A stretch of 25,598 nucleotides of DNA from a virus (lineage: Duplodnaviria > Caudoviricetes), in the IMG/VR virus record IMGVR_UViG_3300020045_015663, positions 1 through 25,598 of that record, one strand, 5' to 3'. Of this stretch, positions 1 through 8,933 are shown one piece after another. The translations under genes and the position numbers were made by a program. Each line of letters begins with the position of its first letter. Position 1 is the stretch's first letter. The notes under the pieces were generated by a model. The model searched no databases, had not been told where the DNA came from, and saw only the letters and a list, made by a program, of their open reading frames with translations.

Positions 1-54
1 GAGCTCTCACTTATCGATGCTCAAATTTTTATTAACGAAAATAATGCAGACTAA
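1..54 (+). CDS. 3' end of upstream gene (probably prohead protease), partial
   Basis: Frame 1 is open from base 1 (ELSLIDAQIFINENNAD) to TAA 52-54, 2 nt before the capsid ATG. Identity is inferred from HK97-like synteny only. Confidence 0.45.
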   Translation, partial: ELSLIDAQIFINENNAD

Positions 55-56
55 AA

Positions 57-1361
57 ATGAAAACGTTAGCCGATTTACTTAAGGAAAAGAGAGCAAAAAT
101 TGAGGCTCAGAAAGCGATCCGTGCAAAAGCCGTGGAGGAAAAACGGGATAAACTCAGTACTGAAGAAAATGTTCAGTTCAGGGCCATCCAAAAAGAGATT
201 GAAGATCTTGAAGAAGAAATCAGGGACGCAAAAGCGTATGAAGATAACCTTCGTTCGCTGGCGGGTGCCGGTGCCGGTGAAGGCACAAAAAAACCGGAAG
301 AAGAAGACCTGGATAAAATGGCAAAGCGTTTTTCGCTGCATAAAGGTTTGCTGGACGTGGCCGAGGGCCGCTCCCTTACCGGTATAGAAAAAGAAGTGCA
401 CGAAGAAGGTGTTCGCCAGGCTAAGGCTGCCGGTAAAATTGTTGCGGGCTTTGCGTTGCCTACCAGTATACAAAAACGTTTTGCCGGGCAAAGCGTAACG
501 CAGGATGCCGGTGAGTATGGCGCTGCCCTGGTAAATGAGGACAGCCGTGGTATGGTCGATTTTTTAAGGCCAAAACCAATTTTAGAATCTGCCGGGGCTA
601 CATACTTAACCGGGCTGCAGGGCGATGTTAAGTTTATTATAAACGAGGGTGGTATTATCGCATCGTGGGAAGGTGAAGTAGATTTAGGTGCGACCTCAAA
701 AAATAAATACTCTAACAAGGGTATGAAACCAAAAAGGCTGTATGCGGGCGTTCCTATCTCTATTATGAATATAAAACAGTCGTCTATCGATATTGAAGCG
801 TATACACGCCGCGAAATAAACGATGTTATGGCAAATGCGCTGGATCTTGCTGCAATAAACGGCAGCGGGGCAAACGACCAGCCTTTAGGGTTATTAAACA
901 CGCCTAACCTTCCGGTTATCGCGATTGGTGCAAATGGCGGTGCGTATACATGGGCGCACATTGTAGCGCAGGAAACCAGTGTATTTGTAGAGAATGCCAA
1001 TGCCGCCAGGATGGCGTATTTAATTAACCCGGTAACAAAGGGTAAATTAAAAACTACGAAACACGATGCCGGTGATCTTAATTATCTTATGACTTCAGAT
1101 AATAATATTAACGGTTACCCGGTGGCGGTAAGTAACCTTGTTCCCGGTAATATTGGCAAAGGTACCGGTACAAACCTTAGTGCGTCTATATACGGCGATA
1201 TGAGTCAGCTTATTATTGGCCAGTGGGGTTTTGTAGACCTTGTTTTGGATAAATCCACTGCTGGTTCCGGGTATTACATGATCCATGTAAACGGTTTCTT
1301 TGATGTACTGGTACGTCAAATAAAATCTTTCGCTGCGATAAAAGATATCAGCAACGCATAA
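57..1361 (+). CDS. Major capsid protein, HK97 fold, with N-terminal coiled-coil scaffolding (delta) domain
   Basis: 434 aa; charged coiled-coil N-terminus; motifs ASWEGE, LDLAAINGSGANDQPLGLL, INGYPVAVSN and YGDMSQLIIGQWG typical of HK97-type capsids. Confidence 0.95.
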   Translation: MKTLADLLKEKRAKIEAQKAIRAKAVEEKRDKLSTEENVQFRAIQKEIEDLEEEIRDAKAYEDNLRSLAGAGAGEGTKKPEEEDLDKMAKRFSLHKGLLDVAEGRSLTGIEKEVHEEGVRQAKAAGKIVAGFALPTSIQKRFAGQSVTQDAGEYGAALVNEDSRGMVDFLRPKPILESAGATYLTGLQGDVKFIINEGGIIASWEGEVDLGATSKNKYSNKGMKPKRLYAGVPISIMNIKQSSIDIEAYTRREINDVMANALDLAAINGSGANDQPLGLLNTPNLPVIAIGANGGAYTWAHIVAQETSVFVENANAARMAYLINPVTKGKLKTTKHDAGDLNYLMTSDNNINGYPVAVSNLVPGNIGKGTGTNLSASIYGDMSQLIIGQWGFVDLVLDKSTAGSGYYMIHVNGFFDVLVRQIKSFAAIKDISNA

Positions 1362-1368
1362 AAAATAT

Positions 1369-1423
1369 TTTTCAGGGGGTTTGCGTGGGGTTTGTTAATT
1401 TTTCCCTGCGCATTCCCTGAAAA
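1369..1423 (+). terminator. Long hairpin after capsid gene (terminator or mRNA-stabilising stem)
   Basis: TTTTCAGGG pairs with CCCTGAAAA and TGCGTGGG pairs with CCTGCGCA (including G-U), directly after the stop codon. Confidence 0.6.
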
Positions 1424-1453
1424 TTAATTGTTTAATCTTAAAATAAGAATACG

Positions 1454-1870
1454 ATGGCAAAGAAAAAAGATACAGAAGGGCAAAAAGAAATACGTTTCCT
1501 TCTTTCGCCTACCGGGGTTTTTGGGTTGGGTTATAATGCGGGCGATACCGCTTTTGTAGATGATGCCCAGGCCGCCGAAATTGTAGAGGCGGGGTATGCG
1601 CGGTATACCGATGATGCCGAAAACGCCGCTACCACAACGGTAGATGTAAAAGCGCTGCAGGCGGAAATTACCGACCTTAAAAAAACGATATCTGAAAAAG
1701 ATACCGAGATACAAAACCTTAAAACCTCTTTAGAAGTGAAAACCAATGCGCCCGATAAAGAAGACAATGTAAATAACATTAAGGTAAACCAGGCGGAAAA
1801 CGCCACAAACAAAGCGGCCGCTACTGCCGAAAATAACAACGGTGCGCCGGTGTTGGATCTAAAAAAATAA
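1454..1870 (+). CDS. Small head-associated protein with coiled coil
   Basis: 138 aa after the capsid gene; GYNAGD...AAEIVEAGYA motif resembles small post-capsid phage proteins; coiled coil and low-complexity tail. Confidence 0.6.
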   Translation: MAKKKDTEGQKEIRFLLSPTGVFGLGYNAGDTAFVDDAQAAEIVEAGYARYTDDAENAATTTVDVKALQAEITDLKKTISEKDTEIQNLKTSLEVKTNAPDKEDNVNNIKVNQAENATNKAAATAENNNGAPVLDLKK

Positions 1871-2042
1871 GACACTTTTTTTAATGCTATGAAAAAAGGA
1901 ATGTTCGCGAAGTCTATTATCTAACGTCTTAAGTCTAAAAATCTATTTTATGAAAAATCCTTTTAAAATTGCCCTGCTGGGCATCATGTTGGTTAGTTCG
2001 GCTTTGTCTGCCGATGCCGGTATAACTTCAAAAAAAAACGCT

Positions 2043-2597
2043 ATGGCAACAGATAATTTTACAATACAGCCCACCGGCGGCGTTGCGGTATCGTTAGAAC
2101 TGGCAAAAAAACACCTTAACATTGAGGCGGATTACACTGAAGATGATGATCTGTTGAATTTATACATTGCCCAGGGCGAAGGTTTTGTGCAGGGGTACAC
2201 GGGCCGCCCGTTATTTGGCACCATGCAGTACAAAGCGTCCGGTTTTAACGCATTTGAATTTATTGGCGTGCCTAAAATACTTAGTACGACGGTATCGTAT
2301 TTACACCTGAATGATATTGGCGAATTGGAAAGCATTGATTTACCGTCTGAAAACTTTACGGTTGTTGATATGAATAATGCAATGCTGGTCAACTTCACAG
2401 GTACGCTTCCGGTGCCGGTGTTAGATAATCCTGCGGCGGTAACGGTAATCTTTAGCTTTGGCCCGCCGCCCGAAATGATTGGCGCGGTACTCTTAAAGGT
2501 GGGCGAAAGTTATGCCTTCCGCGAAAACCGCCCCGTTACCGGTACTAACGATGCCGTGTATAACCTGTGCCGCAATTACCGCATTAACTGGAGTTAG
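2043..2597 (+). CDS. Head-tail connector (HK97 gp6 / SPP1 gp15-like)
   Basis: VSLELAKKHLNIE...EDDDLLNLYI...YTGR and AVLLKVGESYAFRE motifs. The ATG at 2043 gives a typical N-terminus; the frame is open from ATG 1950. Confidence 0.85.
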   Translation: MATDNFTIQPTGGVAVSLELAKKHLNIEADYTEDDDLLNLYIAQGEGFVQGYTGRPLFGTMQYKASGFNAFEFIGVPKILSTTVSYLHLNDIGELESIDLPSENFTVVDMNNAMLVNFTGTLPVPVLDNPAAVTVIFSFGPPPEMIGAVLLKVGESYAFRENRPVTGTNDAVYNLCRNYRINWS

Positions 2598-2600
2598 GTT

Positions 2601-2927
2601 ATGGAAAAACTACCGTTTGCGGGCCAGCTGGATACTAAAGTGCAAATACACAAAATGGAGTATACGGTAAACGTTGCCAGGGAGCGTATAGAAACGCCGG
2701 TACTAATTTGCGATACTAAAGCCAGTGTAAAAAGTAATACCGGTACCGAGGGTGCCGATACTAAAGTAGAGGTTACCGGCAAATCGGTTTACATCATCCG
2801 TAAACGTGCGGGTGTAGAAAGCAAAGAAAAACTCACGCTGACGGATGGTGATACTGTTTTCCGGATAACCCATGTGGGCAAACTTACCCGCGCCTTCCTT
2901 ATCCTAACCTGCGAAAGTAATGGCTGA
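2601..2927 (+). CDS. Head closure / head-tail adaptor (SPP1 gp16-like)
   Basis: 108 aa; AGQLDTKVQI, YIIRKR and FRITHV patterns; synteny. Confidence 0.8.
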   Translation: MEKLPFAGQLDTKVQIHKMEYTVNVARERIETPVLICDTKASVKSNTGTEGADTKVEVTGKSVYIIRKRAGVESKEKLTLTDGDTVFRITHVGKLTRAFLILTCESNG

Positions 2928-3474
2928 TACTTTAATCCTTACCGAAATTACCGGTTTTACCGAGTTGGTTGCTAAAGTTAAAGAACTGGCAAACGACCGG
3001 CAGAAAAAAACCGAAATGCTTAAAATACTGCGCCGTGTGGCGGCAGGTACAGTAAGGGTGGCAAAGAGCGAAGCGCCAAAGTCGGGAAAACCGCATATTG
3101 TGAGCGGTAAGCGTGCGCGGCGTGTAATACAGCCCGGTGCATTGCAAAAAGCCATCGGCACTATTACCGGTAAAAAAGGCCGTGCAAAAGAAGATCCCAC
3201 CGTATATGTTGGCCCCCGCGCCAAAGGTAATTTTGAGGGTTGGTACGGTCATTTTGTAGAGAAAGGTCATAACATTTACAAGGCGGGTTTTAAGCGAAAA
3301 CATTCGGCTTCGGCAAAAGCGGTGGCGCATAATAACAACGGTGCCCGCAGCCGTACCAAAGCAAACGCTTATATGGCCCGCACCTACGAACAAACCAAAG
3401 GGCAGGTAACTGCCGAAGCCGCCGCAGGGGTGGCAAAATACATTCAGAAACGCATCGACGCATTAAGCCGGTAA
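2920..3474 (+). CDS. HK97 gp10-like tail completion protein
   Basis: Basic protein with PGALQKAI, VYVGP, WYGHFVEKG and ANAYMARTY motifs; synteny. Confidence 0.85.
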   Translation: MADTLILTEITGFTELVAKVKELANDRQKKTEMLKILRRVAAGTVRVAKSEAPKSGKPHIVSGKRARRVIQPGALQKAIGTITGKKGRAKEDPTVYVGPRAKGNFEGWYGHFVEKGHNIYKAGFKRKHSASAKAVAHNNNGARSRTKANAYMARTYEQTKGQVTAEAAAGVAKYIQKRIDALSR

Positions 3475-3477
3475 ATT

Positions 3478-3852
3478 ATGGAATTAGAGATTGCACAAAT
3501 TGTAATAAACGCCCTTTTGGGTTCGGCGGGGTTTACCGCTGTGCTGGGTGTGGGCGATGCCTGTAAATTGTTCCCGATGGTGGCTGATGAGGGCACGGCC
3601 GAACCCTATGCGATTTACCGTATAGATGAATTGCCCGGCGGCACAAAAGACGGGGCACAAAGCTTTAGCGTGAGTGTGGGGCTGGCGTTTGGGCCAAAAG
3701 GGTACATGGCGGCGTTAAGCCTTAAAAACGTGGTAAAGGATGCGCTGGGTGCCACCCCGCTTACCTACGTGATTTGTGATACCGATTTTGATCCTGAAAC
3801 GCAGCGCATAATAAGTTTTATAAACTACGAAGTTACCGGAACGCCCGAGTAA
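3478..3852 (+). CDS. Tail terminator-like protein
   Basis: 124 aa; LFPMVA...PYAIYR motif; lies just before the tail tube gene. Confidence 0.7.
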   Translation: MELEIAQIVINALLGSAGFTAVLGVGDACKLFPMVADEGTAEPYAIYRIDELPGGTKDGAQSFSVSVGLAFGPKGYMAALSLKNVVKDALGATPLTYVICDTDFDPETQRIISFINYEVTGTPE

Positions 3853-3878
3853 TAAAACAATAAAAACAAAATAATAGT

Positions 3879-4304
3879 ATGGCAACTAATTTTATAAAGG
3901 GTAAAAATTTACGCCTTTCGTTTGGCGATAAACTTTTATGGCATGCCCAGGAGTGTACGCTGAGTATATCGGCAAAAAACGAGTCGGTTAGTACAAAAGA
4001 CACCCAGGGCGATGAAATAGTAATGGATGGGTATAACTATACCTTAAGTACAAACGGCCTTGCAGCGGCATTGCCTGATGGTAATACTACGCATATAACC
4101 GGCGATACGTTAACCGATGCGGTATTAAACAATACGCTTATAAACTGGGAGTTTGGTACCGGTGTAGTAGGGTCGCGCATGTATAGCGGTACTGCATACG
4201 TTACACAGGCCGATATTTCGGCATCTAACGGCAGTGCGGTAACGGGAAGTTTCTCTTTTACCGGTAGTGGCGATATAACCGCGGTGGCTGTTCCTGAAGA
4301 TTGA
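3879..4304 (+). CDS. Major tail tube protein (TP901-1-like); possible UGA readthrough to 4349
   Basis: 141 aa; IKGKNLRL, CTLSIS..STKD, YSGTAYVT and GSFSFTGSG motifs. In-frame extension NRGVYGLQYGPQYG follows the TGA. Confidence 0.9.
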   Translation: MATNFIKGKNLRLSFGDKLLWHAQECTLSISAKNESVSTKDTQGDEIVMDGYNYTLSTNGLAAALPDGNTTHITGDTLTDAVLNNTLINWEFGTGVVGSRMYSGTAYVTQADISASNGSAVTGSFSFTGSGDITAVAVPED

Positions 4305-4376
4305 AATCGGGGCGTATATGGCCTACAATACGGGCCGCAATACGGCTAAAACAGTAACCTAATACAATATAAAACT

Positions 4377-5540
4377 ATGGCTTTATCTTTTTCAAACCTG
4401 CGCACGTTATGGGGTACAATATTCAGGGATGATGCGCCCGCGGGTGCGCTGCAGCCATCGGTAGATTTAGAGACCCGAACCGATTTGCTGGATTCTATCG
4501 AACAGGCAATAGACCAGGCTGTGGCTTCAATTCCTGTGGGGCCTTCGGGTGCGCAGGGTGTGCAGGGTATACAGGGCGTGCCCGGTCCTGTGGGGCCTGC
4601 CGGGTTAGAGTGGCGTGGTACCTGGGCTGCGGCAACAAGTTATGCACTTGATGATGCTGTGGGGTATAACGGCGCTTCGTACTTCTGTATCCTGGCGCGC
4701 ACCGGTAACGTAGCAAACGCAAACCCTGTGTCAGATACTACCCATTGGGCGTTACTGGCGGCGCAAGGCGCAACCGGCCCTGCCGGGGCACAAGGTGCGG
4801 CGGGTGCGCAGGGTCCGGTAGGGCCGCAGGGTATACAAGGCCCGGCGGGTGTTGTTGCTTCGTTAACATCTGCTTCTGTTGTAAAAGCCACCCCGGCTGC
4901 AGAGCTTATTTACGGAATAAATGAGATTTCCGGTGGTAGTGGTAGTGTTAAATTGCCTTCCGGTGCAGGGCGCATTATTGGCAGTTCTATTTATGTTTCT
5001 GCGGCTTTTGCTTCAACGCTTGTGTATAGTTATGCGGGCGATGCTAAAGTTAGGTATGCGGGTGGTGTAAATGGTGCGATAACAAGTTTTGTAGTGTTAA
5101 ACGTTGGTAATTATTACCGGTTTACGTATTTAGGTGATGATTATTGGCTGGCAGAAAAAACAGTACAGTCGTACAGGGAATTCAGGAAAAGGTTAACACA
5201 GTCCGGAACTTCAAACCCTACTTTCGTGGCTTCGCATATTGATGAGCTTACAAATTCGGTTGTTGGAGTGAGTGATGTAAATTACCGAAATATAGTTTTA
5301 TTTAGAAATGATGTTGGCAATTATTCTATAATAATCCGTACAAATCCATCGGTTACAACAAATCTTATTACTACCGAGATAGGATTTTCAGACGCTAAGG
5401 CTCGCGTTTTATCTTCAAATATCGGTTCGGACGGCGTGTATAATTTCCTTGAATATATTTTTGAAACAAGGGACGGTGCCGGTGTGCTTTCGGATAATCA
5501 GTTGAATTTGACAAATGTGTATATAAAAATTTACGCTTAA
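4377..5540 (+). CDS. Collagen-repeat fibre protein with CBM5/12-like module
   Basis: Two Gly-X-Y runs flank WRGTWAAATSYALDDAVGYNGASYFC...HWALL; beta-rich C-terminal domain. Confidence 0.8.
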   Translation: MALSFSNLRTLWGTIFRDDAPAGALQPSVDLETRTDLLDSIEQAIDQAVASIPVGPSGAQGVQGIQGVPGPVGPAGLEWRGTWAAATSYALDDAVGYNGASYFCILARTGNVANANPVSDTTHWALLAAQGATGPAGAQGAAGAQGPVGPQGIQGPAGVVASLTSASVVKATPAAELIYGINEISGGSGSVKLPSGAGRIIGSSIYVSAAFASTLVYSYAGDAKVRYAGGVNGAITSFVVLNVGNYYRFTYLGDDYWLAEKTVQSYREFRKRLTQSGTSNPTFVASHIDELTNSVVGVSDVNYRNIVLFRNDVGNYSIIIRTNPSVTTNLITTEIGFSDAKARVLSSNIGSDGVYNFLEYIFETRDGAGVLSDNQLNLTNVYIKIYA

Positions 5541-5548
5541 TATAAATT

Positions 5549-5575
5549 AACCCCTGCCTTAACCGGCGGGGGTTT
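5549..5575 (+). terminator. Hairpin after fibre gene (terminator/attenuator-like)
   Basis: AACCCCTGCC-TTAACC-GGCGGGGGTT, 10-bp stem with a short U tract. Confidence 0.6.
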
Positions 5576-5589
5576 AAAACCCCTTTAAA

Positions 5590-5940
5590 ATGAAAATTAC
5601 AATAAAAAATATCACGCTTACTTTAGTTTTTAATTATGCTTTTATGCTGCGCCTTACCGAAAAATGGGGGCTTAAAGGCCCGGGTGAAGTGGCAACGGTG
5701 TTAATGGATGGCTCGCGTGATGAGTTTGAAAAATATATCGATTTTGTTCAGGCTGCGTCTGAAGATCAGGGTGCGGTTGCGAAAATTGACCGCAATGATA
5801 TCGGTACTTTTATAATGCGATTAAAGCATAGAAATGATATTATTTCGGCATTTAATGATGTGGTTATGCCTCCTGAAGATATGCCAAAGGCAGACACCCA
5901 GGGAAAGCAAACCCCGGCGATACCGCTGGAGACGAAATAA
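5590..5940 (+). CDS. Tail assembly chaperone (lambda gpG-like)
   Basis: 116 aa between tail tube and tape measure genes; slippery G GGA AAG at 5901-5907. Confidence 0.85.
   Translation: MKITIKNITLTLVFNYAFMLRLTEKWGLKGPGEVATVLMDGSRDEFEKYIDFVQAASEDQGAVAKIDRNDIGTFIMRLKHRNDIISAFNDVVMPPEDMPKADTQGKQTPAIPLETK
5901..5907 (+). other. Programmed -1 frameshift slippery site GGGAAAG
   Basis: Correct X XXY YYZ phase; the -1 frame is open from 5901 to the stop at 6353. Confidence 0.9.
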
Positions 5941-6353
5941 CCGTACCCTTAACCTGGGATGATTACGAGGCTTTGGCCTGTGGCGAAATGGGTTTAACAA
6001 TCGACTATTTTTACAGCCTTACCCCGCGCCGGTTCTTTAATATTTACAAAGGGTGGCGCAAAAGGCAGCACGAAATATATAAAACCGAAAGCGAACGCAT
6101 GCGTCTCCTTATGTGGGCCGCGCTGGCACCGCACCAGGCAAAAGGCGCAAAGTTAACCCCGGAACAATTACTAACGTTCCCGTGGGAAAAACCTCTGCCG
6201 GATGCCTTGCCCGAATTATCGCCGGAACAATTAACGGCCGCCGCGATTGAAATGCGGGATTTCTGGGAAAAGACCGATGCCAAACTGGCAAAGGTAAAAC
6301 AACCCCCGCAAAAACTCACCCTGTCGCAACTACTGCGCGACAAAACCCCTTAA
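5907..6353 (+). CDS. gpT-like frameshift extension of the tail chaperone (gpGT fusion about 254 aa)
   Basis: The -1 frame reads ANPGDTAGDEITVPLTWDDYEALACGEMGLTIDYFYSLTPRRF...; F..LTP..F motif typical of gpT-like parts; the ORF-track start is only TTG 5973. Confidence 0.85.
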   Translation, partial: ANPGDTAGDEITVPLTWDDYEALACGEMGLTIDYFYSLTPRRFFNIYKGWRKRQHEIYKTESERMRLLMWAALAPHQAKGAKLTPEQLLTFPWEKPLPDALPELSPEQLTAAAIEMRDFWEKTDAKLAKVKQPPQKLTLSQLLRDKTP

Positions 6354-6368
6354 CCCACCACCTTAACC

Positions 6369-8933
6369 ATGGCCAGTAATTTAGCGTCTATAAATATACT
6401 TTTCCGTGTAGATACCCGCTCGTTAAGTACGGGGCTGCAAAACAGCATCCGTACCATGAACCAGTACGGTACCGCAATGCAGGATGTGGGCCGCGGTATG
6501 TCTGCATATGTTACCGCGCCGTTATTGGCGGCGGCGGTGGCTTCGGGTAAATTTGCATCTGATTTTAACGAAAGTTCTAATAAAGTAGATGTCGCTTTTG
6601 GTAATGCAAAAGGCAGTGTAGAGGCGTTTGCAAATTCGTCTTTAACCAGTTTTGGTATCGCAAAAGGCAGTGCGCTGGATATGGCTGCGCTGTTTGGCGA
6701 TATGGCAACATCTATGGGTTTGCCGCAAAGTGAGGCGGCAAAACTTTCAACTTCATTGGTGGGGCTGGCGGGCGATCTGGCATCGTTTAAAAACATAAGT
6801 TTAGACCAGGCAAAAACCGCGCTAAACGGCATTTTTACCGGTGAGACCGAAAGCCTTAAAATGTTGGGTATTGTAATGACTGAGGCAAACCTGGCGCAAT
6901 TTGCGCTTAGCCAGGGCATGACAAAAAACCTTAAAGATTTTACCCAGGCCGAAAAGGTGCAGCTTCGCTATGCTTATGTAATGAAGCAAACCACAAATGC
7001 CCAGGGCGATTTTATGCGTACCGGTGGGGGCGCGGCAAACCAAACGCGGGTGCTTCAGGAGGGTTTAAAAGAACTGGGTGTGCAGTTTGGGCAGGTAATT
7101 TTGCCGGTATTTACATCGGCTGTACATGGTATTAACGATCTTGTTGCTGGCCTTAAGGATATGGATGAGGGTACGCGTAACACCGTTGTGGGTGTGGCGG
7201 CGGTGGCTGCCGGTATTGGGCCGCTGGTGTTTGGTCTGGGCAGTGCGGTAAAAGGTGTGGCATCGTTCAGGGCAGAATTAACGTTGCTTAAAACCGCTTT
7301 GGTTAGTAATCCTTTTACTGCGGTGGCTGTGGGGTTAACGGCACTCGCTGTTACCGGCGCGGTGGTTACATCGCGCTTTACGGCAATGACAGATAGCGGT
7401 AAGGAATTTGCCGAAGTAATGAAATCCGGTTCTGATAATATTGCGCGTGAAACTGCCGAACTGAATAAAAACATCGCGATTGCCAAAAACGAGAAGCAAA
7501 GCAAAGAAGCGCGCCTGCAGGCGATTGAAAACCTGAACGCTATTAATCCGGAATATCAAAACGGGTTAACGCTGGAAAATATAAACACCGAAAAAGCCAC
7601 CGCCGCCACCGAAAAATATACCGAATCGCTTCTTAAAAAAGCGCGGGTTATGGCCGCCCAGGAAAAACTGGTAGATGTGCAGCGTAAATTATTGGATTTA
7701 CAACTGGCACAGTACGATGCTGTAAAACCCTCGCTGGTGCAAAATTTTGCAAATATTGCTGCGTCTATGGGTAACGTTAACCGATTGGCAACCCTGACCA
7801 CGGGCACCATGAAAGTTAACCTTAAAGAAGAAACGGCGGCACTTGAAGATCTGCAAAAAAAGTTAACCGATTTTATTGGGGCTAATGAAGATTTAACCGC
7901 CGCGCAGGCGGCGGGCACTGTTACCGCCACCGGTGCCCAAGCTAAAACTATTGATTTTTATAATGCGCAAATATCGGTATTAGAAAAATTACGTACCGGT
8001 GCCGCTGTTACCGCTGGGCAGGTGGCGGCTTTTGATGAAAAAATACTGGCACTGCGTGAAAAGATAAACGCGCTGGAGGGTAAACGTATCGAGGTGGTTT
8101 CGGTGCTTAAAGAAGTAGATGAACGCAATATTAAATCCCCGGTAGAATTTAGTTACGGCGAAAACAACGACCGTATAAAACAACTGCAAAAAGAGCGCGA
8201 TGCGTTTCTGGCGGTGCAAAAGGAATTTGATGAGGGTACCACCCAGTTTGAAGGCTTGCAAAAACGCATAAATGATTTAAATTTCGCTATACAGTTTAAT
8301 ATAGATCCGGCATCGCTTATTGCGGCGGTGCCTATTATCAGCACTGCTGTTGATGAGATGAATGTTAAGCAGGAAGAGTTAAAGAAAAAACAGCAAGAAT
8401 TATTGCAAACAGCACAAATGGTTGGTGATGGTGTTGCGAATGCTTTTGATGGTATGAGTGATCGTTTTGTAGATAGTTTGGGTGGTGCAAATGACGGGTT
8501 TCAAGGTTTTACTAAAACAATGGCGAGTACTGTTTTAAAGTTAGTTTCTATGATGCTGGCCTCATCTATAAGCCAGTCTATTGCCGGGGCTACCGCTGCC
8601 GGTACCGCTACCGGGCCCGCCGCTATTGTAACCACGCCTGCGTTTATTGCTACGGCGGTAAGCGGGGTTATTGCGGCATTTGCGGCCATACCTAAGTTTG
8701 AGACCGGTGGTGTGGTGGGTGGTTCGTCTTATTACGGCGATAAAATACTTACCAGGCTTAACAGCCGCGAACTGGTGTTAAATACTAAACAGCAGGAAAA
8801 AATATACAAAAGCATGGATAACGGCGGCGGTAGTAATGTTAACGTTACCGTGGGCGGTTCTTTTGAGATTGACGGTACAAAACTTAGGCTGTTGTTAGAC
8901 AGGACAGACAGCCGTAAAAACCGCATAGGATAA
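6369..8933 (+). CDS. Tail tape measure protein
   Basis: 854 aa, Ala-rich and helical; GETESLKMLG motif, hydrophobic segments, C-terminal KFETGGVVGG...GDKI..RLNSRELVLN. Confidence 0.95.
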   Translation: MASNLASINILFRVDTRSLSTGLQNSIRTMNQYGTAMQDVGRGMSAYVTAPLLAAAVASGKFASDFNESSNKVDVAFGNAKGSVEAFANSSLTSFGIAKGSALDMAALFGDMATSMGLPQSEAAKLSTSLVGLAGDLASFKNISLDQAKTALNGIFTGETESLKMLGIVMTEANLAQFALSQGMTKNLKDFTQAEKVQLRYAYVMKQTTNAQGDFMRTGGGAANQTRVLQEGLKELGVQFGQVILPVFTSAVHGINDLVAGLKDMDEGTRNTVVGVAAVAAGIGPLVFGLGSAVKGVASFRAELTLLKTALVSNPFTAVAVGLTALAVTGAVVTSRFTAMTDSGKEFAEVMKSGSDNIARETAELNKNIAIAKNEKQSKEARLQAIENLNAINPEYQNGLTLENINTEKATAATEKYTESLLKKARVMAAQEKLVDVQRKLLDLQLAQYDAVKPSLVQNFANIAASMGNVNRLATLTTGTMKVNLKEETAALEDLQKKLTDFIGANEDLTAAQAAGTVTATGAQAKTIDFYNAQISVLEKLRTGAAVTAGQVAAFDEKILALREKINALEGKRIEVVSVLKEVDERNIKSPVEFSYGENNDRIKQLQKERDAFLAVQKEFDEGTTQFEGLQKRINDLNFAIQFNIDPASLIAAVPIISTAVDEMNVKQEELKKKQQELLQTAQMVGDGVANAFDGMSDRFVDSLGGANDGFQGFTKTMASTVLKLVSMMLASSISQSIAGATAAGTATGPAAIVTTPAFIATAVSGVIAAFAAIPKFETGGVVGGSSYYGDKILTRLNSRELVLNTKQQEKIYKSMDNGGGSNVNVTVGGSFEIDGTKLRLLLDRTDSRKNRIG

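Noticed and set aside
4302-4349. Selenocysteine insertion at the tail tube UGA
   Set aside because: No redox motif context, the hairpin is not recognisably a bacterial SECIS, and no sel genes are in view; ordinary readthrough is simpler.
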